Below, piece by piece: positions 50,101 through 62,100 of a DNA stretch of 64,000 nucleotides (position 1 is its first letter; each line of letters starts with the position of its first letter). The stretch lies in the NCBI RefSeq assembly GCF_963921235.1, contig NC_086108.1:102302001-102366000 (forward strand), in the 5' to 3' direction. Both the position numbers and the translations under genes were made by a program. The stretch comes from Mobula hypostoma. Its lineage: Eukaryota. The notes under the pieces were generated by a model. That model searched no databases, was not told the origin of the DNA, and saw only the letters and a list, made by a program, of their open reading frames with translations.

Positions 50101-53100
50101 TGGCAGAGAGGAGTGCCAGGGGCAGGGGGTGATGTGGGTGCAGACACACCCAGCCCTGAGACCACAGGCAAGGCCATTTGATTGCAGACAATTGGTTTAT
50201 TGATCATTACAGAATGCCTATGCTGCTTACCGCTCCCTCACCTCTCCCTTCCCCCTCCCCAAACATAATTCTGCTCTCCCTGCCCCCTTCCACCTCCCAG
50301 TCCATAATAACAGAATCAGGTTTATCACCACTTTCATGTGTTGTGAAATTTGTTTTTTTTTGTGGCAGCAGTGCAGTGCAATACATAAAATAAGTATCAT
50401 AAACCAGGTGGATGAACAGAGTATCATAAACTAGGTGGATGAACTTAGACCATGGATCAATATGTGGAACTGTGACTTTGTAGCCATTGCAGAAACTTAG
50501 ATGACTCAGGAGCAGGAATGGCTGCTGAGTGTGCCAGGTGTGACGAGAATACACATAGATTAAGATGTTAGCTGGCCTGTGCTGGCACCAGTGGGATCAG
50601 CAGTTGGTCTGCCACCTGTCTTCAGGAGAGAGAGAGATAAGGAAAACAATGGAGCAGCATTTGGAGATGTTAATGAAGGGGAAGGAGAGCTGTCAAGATC
50701 GGCTCCCCCTTTGAACCCCGAACTGTTTGAAGTGATGGACAGGCGATACCCCAGCAGGGGGATAAAAAGGGACAGGTTCGCTAAGGCAAGACACACATGA
50801 CACCTGAGGTAACGAGACCCTGGAAGCGGTGCGTCTCTCACAAGTCGGTGGGAAGTTTTGGAAGGCCGGTTGCGGGACCAGGCCATAGACGCACAGGGTG
50901 GAAAGGCACGATCGGCGGGAACCTGGTGTGTGTCCACCCTTGCCTGGGTGCCAGGTTCACCGCAGAGAAACGATCGTATCTGGAAACGGAGGGGGTCACG
51001 GTCGGTGACCTCAGATGACATCACAAAGGACTCGCCCGAAAGCTGACTGCGAAGGTCTGTGTGTGGAAGCCGTTTTGAATATTCATTCATTCTGCTCTCT
51101 CTCTCCTTCCCTCCACTGTCTGCGAACTGAACTGAACTTTGCGTCACTTTGAAACTGGTCATTTACCCCTAGACAACGATAGAGCTTGATTGATCCTGTT
51201 ATCTTAATTCTGTGTACATGTGTGTTTATCATTGCTGAACTGTTGCATTTATTATCCTTTTGATTAGAGTACTGTGTTGCTTGTTTCTTTAATAAAATTT
51301 TCGTAGTTCTAGTAATCCAGACTCCAACTGAGTGATCCATTTCTGCTGGTTTGGCAACCCAGTTACGGGGTACGTAACACAGGCTTTAGACGGTTCAAAA
51401 AGAACGGGCGGGGGGGGAGCGTCACATGATGACGTGGGATTGAGACGTGTAAATCCAGCTCTCCCGTAAAAAATCAGCAAAGTACCGTTTAAACAAAGCA
51501 AAGTTAATAAATACTTCCAAAAACTACTTATAAATTTCGCAAGACTACTTTATGATATGCCTCATAAACCGCAACAGAAGAAGTCTGTTGTTGCAAAGTC
51601 GCTGCGAGATGGGTAGTAAAAAGGGCCTACTGCGGCGATGGAGCCTCGGATTCAGGTTGGATCTCCTTCGGAGGAGATGCATTTTATCTCTGGCGTAGAA
51701 GAACAGGGAGCAATGGCGGCGGTAGCGGTCTCTAGGAAGAAGATGCCAGAAATGTGCATGCACAGATCGACACAATTCAAACTACAAGACCCGACGGCCA
51801 CTGCAAGTGAGAGTGACTCAGAGTCAGAATTGGAATCCGCAGAGAATACAGATGAAGAAGAGGAGGAAGAACTGGAAGAGACTGGAAGTAAAGGAGGTGA
51901 CAGAGACATAAGAGAGGCTTTATTGCAACTAATGGCTGAACTAAAAAAATTAAGAACAGAGCTTAGAGACGTGAAGATGTGCTATGATAAAGCTATGAAA
52001 AGACAGGATAAAATGGATAAGAAACTTAAGAAGATGGAAAGAACAATGGAGCATATTAACGATAGAGTAGAAAAAGCAGAAAATGATATGTTTGTCTAGA
52101 ACACGGAAAGAAATCGACTCTTGGAGAAAGTGGACGTGTTGGAAAATTTTAGTAGACGAAATAATATTAGAATTGTTGTTCTTAAAGAAGGTATAGAGGG
52201 AGACAATCCAATGGAATTTTTTCAAAGATGGATTCCGGAAACCTGGCAAATGAAAGAGGAAGACCAATCAATTGAAATTGAGCGGGCACATAGAGCTCTA
52301 AGACCAAAACCACAAGATGACCAATATCCACGATCAATTTTAATAAAATTCTTAAGATTTCAATACAAAGAAAGGATTCTACAGGCAGCTGCTCAAGCTG
52401 CCAAGAATAGAAAAGGGCCATTGATGATAGAAGGGAAGAAAATTTTTTTCTACCCTGACGTAAGTTATGAACTTTTGAAGAGAAGGAAGAAATTTAATCC
52501 AGTGAAAAAAGTCCTATGGAATCACGGTTATCAATTTATATTGCGTTATTCTGCAACCTTGAAGATTTTTTTGGCTGGTGGAGAAAAAAGATTTTTTGAC
52601 GATCACCGGAAAGCGGAGGAATTTGTGCGAGATTCTTTGAATATTCACCTGATACAAGATCAAACCCAGGGGAGCGAGATGGATTGAAGATGAAGACTGG
52701 GTCAAGGAACAGACCTGTTGGATTTTTAAAGGCGGATGAATATATAAATATATTATTAATTATTGGGCGGGGGAGAAAGGTTAAAATTTGAGGAATACTA
52801 GCTGGGAATAGTGACACTAATTTTTTTTTATATATATAATTTTTTTTTGTTACGGGGAGCTGGAAGAAATACTGACCAATCACTACGTTATTCATGTGTG
52901 CAAGCGTGGCAATAGCCACGACCTGCAAAATGGAGGGGTGTAGTGTTGTGTATCTTTTCATTCACAACATTAGTAGTGGGTTATTTTGTTATTTCTTTTT
53001 TTGTATCATATCTATCTTTTATTTCTTTCTTTTTGCCTGGATGATTGGGAGGGAAACGCATAGCAACATGGTGAATTTTAAAGAGAATCCCCAAGGAACT

Positions 53101-56100
53101 ATGAGAGTTGAGAAGTTAAGTAATGTTTTAGATTGGAGTAACTTTGTTAAGAATAATGACTAATTTATTGAATTTTTTGAGTTTTAATGTTAATGGGCTT
53201 AATGGACCGGTGAAAAGAAAAAGAATCTTAACACATATTAAGAAAATGAAGGTAGATTTAGCCTTCTTACAGGAAACGCATTTAACAGAAACAGAACATC
53301 TGAAATTAAAGAGAGATTGGGTGGGTACTGTTGTTGCAGCTTCATTTAATTGAAAAGCGAGGGGAGTAGTAATTTTGATCAATAAAACGTTACCAATTAG
53401 AATACAAAATGTAATAACCGATTCTGCGGGGAGATATGTGATTATACACTGTCAACTTTTTTCTGAATTATGGACTTTCATGAATATTTATGCACCAAAT
53501 GAAAATGATGCAAAATTCATAGAAGAAGCGTTTTTAAATTTGGCTGATGCACATGAAAAAATATTAATAGGAGGAGATTTTAATTTTTGCCTAGACCCAG
53601 TCTTAGATAGATCAACTAAGGCTTTAACAAAATCAAAGGTAGTAAAACTAACTTTATCTTTGATGAAAGATTTAAATTTGATTGATATATGGAGAAGAAT
53701 TAATCCTAAAGAAAGAGACTATTCATTCTATTCTAATAGACACAAAACTTATTCAAGGATAGATCTTTTCCTATTATCAATGCATATTCAACACAGAGTG
53801 AAAAATATGGAATATAAAGCAAGAATATTGCCAAATCATTCTCCTCTATTAATGACAATAATAATGACTGATGAGGAAGAAGTGGCTTATCGATGGAGAT
53901 TTAATTCAACATTATTAAAACATCAAGATTTTTGTGATTTTATGAAAAAACAGATCCAATATTTTTTGGACACAAACTCTCATTCAGTGGATGATAAATT
54001 TATACTATGGGATGCGATGAAAGCATACTTGAGGGGTCAGATAATAAGTTATACGTCTAAAATTAAGAAAGAATATATGGCAGAACTAAATCAATTGGAG
54101 AAAGAGATTGCAAAATTAGGAAAAGAATCTCAAAGATATATGTCAGAAGAAAAACGGCAACTTATCAATAAGAAGTTACAATATAATACGCTTCAGACAT
54201 ACAGAATGGAAAAAGCAATCATAAGAACTAAGCAAAGGTATTATGAGTTAGGTGACAGAGCACATAAAATTCTTGCTTGGCAGTTGAAAACAGAACAAGC
54301 TTCCAAAACGATAAATGCAATTAGAACAAGTGCAAATAAAATTACTTATAAACCTTTAGAAATTAATGGAGCCTTCCAAAATTGAATTGGGAAGAACAGA
54401 AGGGATTAGATATGCCTTTTACATTAAAAGAGGTTGAAGAAGCTTTAGGATCACTCCAAAGTAATAAATCTCCAGGAGAAGATGGTTTTCCACCTGAATT
54501 TTATAAAAAGTTTAAAGGTTTATTATTTCCTCCCTTTATGGAGTTAATACATTAAGCAGAAAAAATACGTAAACTCCCAGAATCTTTTTCAACAGTGATT
54601 GTAATAGTATTGCCAAAAAAAGACAGAGATCCTTTAAAACCAACATCATATAGGCCTATTTCTTTGTTGAACACGGATTATAAAATAATAGCAAAAATTT
54701 TAACGAATAGATTATCTAGATATTTACCAAAATTAATACGTGTGGATCAAACAGAATTTATTAAAAATAGACAATTGGCAGATAATGTAACTCGGCTACT
54801 CAGTATAATTCATTTGGCACAAAAAAGGGAGGAGATGAGTATTATAGTAGCCTTGGATGCAGAAAAAGCATTTGATAGATTGGAATGGGATTTTTTTATT
54901 TAAAGTATTAGAAAAATATGGATTAGGAACATCTTTTATAAACTGGATTAAAACTTTAAATACTAACCCTAATGCTAAAGTAGTGACAAATACTCAAATT
55001 TCAACACCATTCCAGTTAAAAAGGTCAACTAGACAAGGTTGTCCATTATCACCTGCTTTATTTGTACTGGCGATAGAGCCATTAGCAGAACTAATTAGAA
55101 TTGATCCAGATATTAAGTGTTTTAGAGTTAATCAGGAGGAATATAAAATTAATCTTTCTGCTGATGATGTTTTGATTCACTTAACAAACCCACAGCATTT
55201 GTTACATAAATTATCTTCTAGATTGGATGAATATGGGAAAGTATCAGGGTATAAAATAAATTGGGATAAAAGTGAAATTTTACCTCTTACTAAAGGAGAC
55301 TATAGCTAATGTCGATTAGCAACCCAATTTAGATGGCCGGTAAATGGCATAAAGTGTTTAGGTGTAAGACTTGATAATGATGTAAAGAACTTATATAAAT
55401 TTAATTATTTACCACTATTGAAAAAAATTCAAGAAGATCTTGACAAATGGATGTTACTACCAATAACATTAGTGAGTAGAGTCAATGTTGTAAAAATGAA
55501 TATATTTCCTAGATTACAGTATTTGTTTCAAACATTACCAATACAATTGCCACAGAAATTTTTTCAAGAGTTAAATAAATGTGTGAGAAAATTTCTTTGG
55601 AAAGGTAAGATGTCAAGAATATCATTGGAAAAATTGACATGTAAATTTGAGTTAGGAGGGTTACAACTTCCAAACTTTAAAAATTATTATAAAGCAAATC
55701 AACTTAGATTTATTGCATCTTTCTTTGATGATGGAAAACTGGCATGGATTAAAATAGAATTAGATAAAATAGGAGAAAATATACCTGAAGATTTTATATA
55801 TAAATGGGAATCTAAATGGATACGGGAAAAGAAAGAATCTCCTATATTAAAACATTTGATTGATCTATGGAATAAGATAAATGTTGATAATGAAATACAG
55901 AAATCTTTATTAGCAAGGAGACCTTTGTTCCAAAACAGACTTATTCCTTTTACAATGGATAATCAACTTTTATATAATTGGTACCAGAAAGGGATTAGAT
56001 CTATAGGAGACTGTTATGAACGAGGTATATTGATGTCATTTGAACAACTAAAGAATAAATATAAAATATCAAATAACACTTTCTTTTGTTACCTTCAATT

Positions 56101-59100
56101 AAGGGCTTACTTAAAAGGTAAACTGGGTCAAACAATGTTTTTGCCAAAACCTAATGAAATTGAAATTTTAATTCAAAAAGGAAAAATTAAAAAATTTATT
56201 TCTTGTATATATAATTTGATTCAAAAACAGATAATTAAACAAGGAATCCACAAGTCAAAACAAAAATGGGAAACGGATCTGAATATTAATACTGACGAAA
56301 CAAATTGGTCAAGACTGTGTCTTGACAGTATGACAAATACAATGAACATTCGACTTAGATTAGTACAATATAAGTTTTTACACCAATTATATATTACACC
56401 ACAAAAAATAAATAGATTAAATTCAAACCTATCTGATCAATGCTTTTGGTGAAATCAAGAAATTGGTACGTTCTTACATTCTACTTGGTCTTGTTCTAAA
56501 ATTCAACGTTTTTGGATAAATTTAAGTCTTATTGGAACAAATTACTAGAACTCAATTTCCACATAACCCTGTATTATTTTTATTAGGTGATATTGAAGGG
56601 ATAAAATCAAAACTTAAATTGAATAAATATCAGAAAGAATTCATAAAAATTGCACTGGCAGTAGCTAAGAAGGCTATAGCAGTTACTTGGAAATCTGACT
56701 CGTATTTAAGTATGAACCGTTGGAACAATGAAATGGCTAGTTCTATTCCACTCGAAAAAATTACTTATAATTTAAGAGATAAATATGAAACATTTTTGAA
56801 TATTTGGCGCCCTTATTTACAAAAGATAGGATGGCATATTTAGTTGCTCCGATGATAAAGATCTTGGTCCCTTGGGGAAAGCAATAAATAAATATACTAA
56901 ATTTATTTTGAATCCCATGGAGCATGTGGAAACCTTCCAATATCCAGGAGGTTTTTCTCTTTTTTTCTTCTTTCTTTCTTTCTTTCTTTTTTTTTCTTTT
57001 TAGGTAGGAGTATATATCGGGGGGAAGGGTTAAGGGGAGGGGGAGTAGATATTATCTTTTCATGTATTCATTTTGAAAACTCAATAAAAATTATACTAAA
57101 AAAAAAGAACAGAGAGGGAGGCAAAAGAGACGTGGACGTAGCATTGCTAATTAGGGATAGTGGCACGGCTGCAGAAAAGGAGGAAGTCATGGAGGGATTG
57201 TCTGCTGAGTCAGTGTGGGTGGAAGTCAGAAACAGGAAAGAGGCAATAACTCTACTGGGTGTTTTTATAGACCCCCCTCCCAATAATAACAGGGATATTG
57301 AGGAGCAGATAGGGAGGCAGATTCTGGAAGAGTTGTTATGACAGGAGATTTTAAAAGCAGATACAATGGGGTATTTTAAGAGCCTCTTAGATAGGCACAT
57401 GGAGCTTAGAAAAATAGAGGGTTATGCACTAGGGAAATTCTGGGCGGTTTCTATAGTGGGTTACATGGTCAGCACAGCATTGTGGGCCGCAGGGCCTGTA
57501 ATGTGCTGAAGATTTCTATGTTCTATTTATGTTCTATGTGGTACTATGCAAAAACCTTGGACACCCTAACTATATACTGTATACCATAAGACATAGGAGC
57601 AAAATTAGACCACTTGGCCCATCAAGTCTGCTCTGCCATTCAATCATGGCTGATCCTTTTTTCCTCCTCAGCCCCACTCCCTGGCCTTCTCCCCATAACC
57701 TTTAATGTTGTGGTCGTTCAAGAGCATATCGATGTCCACCTTAAATACGCCCAATTATCTGGCCTCTACAGCTGCCTGTGGTAACAAATACCACAAATTC
57801 ACCACCCTCTGGCCGAAGAAATTTCTCCACATCTCTGTTTTAAATGGACACCCTCTATCCTGAGGCCCCTCTGTCCTCTTGTCCTAGACCCCCCGCCCCT
57901 TGGGAAATATCCTTTCCACATCTTCTCTGTCTAGGGCTTTTAACATTCGAAAGGTTTCAATGAGATCCCCCGTCATCCTTCTAAATCCCAATAAGTACAG
58001 CCCCAGAGCCATCAGATGTTCCTCATATGATAACCCTTTCCTTCCCGGAATCACCCTTGTGAACCTCCTCTGAAACCTCTCCAATGCCAGCACAACTCTT
58101 CTTGGATAAGGAGCCCAAAGCACTTCACAATACTCAAGGTGAGGCTTCATCAGTGCTTTATAAAGCCTCAGCATCACATACCTGGTCTTGTATTCTAGAC
58201 TTCTTGAAGTGAATGCTAACATTGCATTTGCCTTCTTCACCACTGACTCAACCTGCAAGTTAACCTTTAGGGTGTCCTACACAAGGACTCCCAAGTCCCT
58301 TTGCTTCTCAGTTTTTGTGGATTTTCTTCCCATTTAGAAAATAGTCCGTACTACCAAAGTGCATGACCATGCATTTTCCAACATTGTAATTCACTTGTCA
58401 CTTTCTTGCTCATTCTCTTAATCTAAGTACTTCTGCAGCCTACCTGTTTCCCCATTAATCTTTGTATCATCTGCAAACTTGGCAACAAAGTCATCTATTC
58501 CATCATCTAAGTCATTGATATACAGCATAAAAAGAAGTGATTCCAACACCAACCCCTGCAGAACACCAGTAGTCACTGGCAGCCACCAGGAAAGGATCCT
58601 TTTATTCCCAGTTGCTACCTCCTACCAATCAGCTAATGGTCTAACCATGTTTGTAACTTTCCTGTAATACCAGGGGCTCGTAACTTGGTAAGCAGCCTCA
58701 TGTGTGGCACCTTGTCAAAGGCCTTCTGAAAATCCAAATATGTAATATCCACTGCATCCCCTTTATCTATTCTACATGTAATCTCCTCAAAGAATTTCCA
58801 CAGGTTTGTCACACAAGATTTTCTCTTGAAAATCCAAGCCAAGTTTGTCCTATCTTGTCCTGTGTCACCAAGAACTCCATCACCTCATCTTTGACAATTG
58901 ACTCCAACATCTTCCCAACCACTGAGGTCAGGCTATCTGGTCTATAATTTCCTTTCTGCTGCCTTCCTCCTTTCTTAAAGAGTAGAGTAACTTTTGCATG
59001 ATATACTGTATGTGCCTATCACTTTTGAACAGTGATAGACCTTGATTAGTTCTTTCTCAGGGCTATCTAGCCAATGCCACTTTTCTGTTCTTTCCCTGAC

Positions 59101-62100
59101 ATAGCACGTATTTCTTCTTTCTCCCTTGACATTTGCTGTTGAATATGTCTCCACCTCCTTTTTAAGTTGACATTCTATATGATAACAATCTCCTCCTTAA
59201 AGTTGTTTCTACATTGCTAATTATCTGTATGATTTGATTTGTAAACAATTTCCTCTCTCCATTAAAAACTTGTCTTGCTTTGCTTCTTAGCCTAGTTTGT
59301 CACCTTTTAAACAAGCTAAGAAGTCCCCAAGAACTTTTCATGCCTTTGGATCAGAACTAGTTATCCATATGTGAAAAGCATTCCTGATTTAAGGATTGAC
59401 ATAGGGCACACCTAGTCTCAGTTTACTATAGTAGAGACATCCGATGTCAAGTGTTGTATTTCTTTTTCTATCTGAACCTCACAAGGAGACGAATGTATTT
59501 AACTCCTTAGGTGGATTGTAGATTTATACATCACAGAAATAGGCCATTCTGCTGAATTTGTCCATGCTGACTATGATTCACATTTAAGCTACTCCCATTT
59601 GCCTGCATTTGACTCATATCCCTCTAGAGCAGGGGATCTCAAACTTTTTTATACCATGGACCAATACCAATAAGCAAGGGATCTGTGGACCCCAGATTGG
59701 GAACCTCTGCTCTAAACTTTTCCTATCCATGTACGTAGACCAAATTTATTTTAAATATTGTTATAATGCCTGTATTGATCACTAACTCTGACAGTTTGTT
59801 CTATACATGTACTATACATTTTTTTAAAAAGTTGCTCCTTAAGTGCCTTTTAACTCTTTCCTCTCTCATCTTGTACCTACTCCTTCTAGACTTTGATTCC
59901 CTTTCCCTGGGAAAATTTGGTATGACATAGTTGACTCTGCTATTTTAACCTGATAGAACAAAAACTAGACAAAGAATCGATGTCAATAGTTCTAAATATG
60001 TCCTGCATTAACATTGCCAGTGTGGTTAGCAAGCTGCTGAGTTTATGGACTGTACTCTCCTTAATATTAAAACCAGAGTGGAAACATAACATTTCTAGAG
60101 TCATATAAATGAATACTATTTGTACATCTTGTGTGTACTTGGAAGGATTGTGCACTTTTTGTGTTTAAATGGGTGTGTTTACTGAAAATGTTGGTTTGTG
60201 ATAATTCTGGTATTGCACTTTCTATTTCAAACAGGAAAGCAGATGCTCTAAAGGAGCAGCTTAAGAAAACTACAGAAAGGGCCACATGTGCAAGCCGTGA
60301 ACTTCTGGACAAGCTGCACACTACCAGTTCAGAAAATGCTTGTCTCTGCAAGGAGAACGCACAATTAAGGGTTCAGTAGAACATTTAAACATTAATTTGG
60401 AATTGATACACGATTGATATGGTAACAACAGAAAAAGTGCAGAAGGATTTCCTAGGGTGTTGCTTTGAGTGGAATTTCAAGGAATGACTGGATAAGCTGT
60501 GTTTATTCTCACTGAAATGTAGACAACTGAGGGGTGACATTACAGGAGCTTGCCATTCAGGTACTCCTCCAAACTGCTCTTAAATGTTGCAGTCAAACCT
60601 TCATCCATCACTTACACTGGCAGTTTGTTGCACAGGTTATGTCATGTTTAATAAACTCCTTTCATTTTCTTTCTCTGCCCAGTTGAGAATACTATCATTT
60701 TAAAATAAAGTAGCCGATCTCCCTTGGCATTTCATGTCAAATTGTATGGATTGGCTTCTTGTTTCTTGGCAGTCCTACTATTTCTCAGAAAGTCAAGGTC
60801 AAGATATTTCTCAATGCCTGCATTTGTTCCTTGTATTATTTAAAATTCTATTTACTGTGCTTTTGAACACATACTTGTATGTGTTTTCGCAAATTAATGA
60901 TCTTTAACATAAAGTCAGGAATTCAAATGGAGGTTTCCATTTAAATAGATTTTCTCACTGGAGCGAAGGAGGATGAGAGACAACTTGATAGAGGTGTACA
61001 AGATGATAAGAGGCATAGATCAAGTGGATGGCCTTTTTCCCAGAGTTAAAATGGCTAATACCAGAGGGCATAATTTTAAGGTGATTGGAGGAAAGCACAG
61101 GGAATGTCAGAGATAAGTTCCTTTTACACAGAGCTGTGACTGTGTACATTAGGGGCATTTAAGAAACTCTTAGATAGGCATAAGGACAATATAATAATGG
61201 AGGGCTCTGCAGGAGGAAAGTGTTAAATTTCTTTTGGAGTGGGTTAATAGGTTAGCACAGCATTGTGGACTGAAGGGCCTGTACTGTGCAGTAGTGTTTG
61301 GTGTTCATCAGCCAGTAACTTGGAAGACCACAGCCTATGAGGATTGAAAATAACTACTCCACCTTGGTACAGTCAACACTGGTGCAACTCAGGGATGTGC
61401 TTAGCCCACTTTTCTGCTCTCTCTACACCCATGTTTGTGTGGCTAGGCACAGCTCAAAAGCTGTCTATAAACTTGCTGATGATACAACCATTGTTGACAG
61501 AATCTCAGATAGTGACGAAAGGGCGTGCAGGAGTACGATATACCAACTAGTTGAGTGGTGTCACAGCAACAACCTTGTATCCAATGTCAGTAAGACTAAA
61601 GAACTGATTGTGGACTATAGAAAGGCTAAGACGAATGAACACACACCAGTCCTCAGAGAGAGGTCAGAAGTGGAAAGAGTCAACAATATAAAGTTCCTGG
61701 GTGTCAATATCTCTGAGGATCTAACCTGAACCCAACGTATTGGTGCATGATGCAGCTACAAAGAAGGCATGACAGTGGCATTAGGATTTTGAGGAGATCT
61801 GGTATGTCGCCAAAGACACTCGCAAAGTTCTGTCGGGTATGAGGGTCTACTGCACAGGATCAAAGTAAACTGCAGGGAATTGTAAACTTAGTCATCTCCA
61901 TCAAGGGTACTAACATCTGTAGTACCCATGACATCTTCAAGGAACGATGTCTCAAAAAGACGACATCTATCATTAAGGACCCTAGCACCCAGGACATGCC
62001 CTCTTCTCATCAGGAAGGAAGTACAGACGAGAGCAAATTTCACGACATATGCTGGTGACATTAAACCTGATTCTGATTCTGACAGTAATGTAAATGTTGA

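Noticed and set aside
50560..51162. 200-codon minus-strand ORF
   Set aside because: Lies wholly within the solo LTR, no recognisable motif, likely a chance ORF
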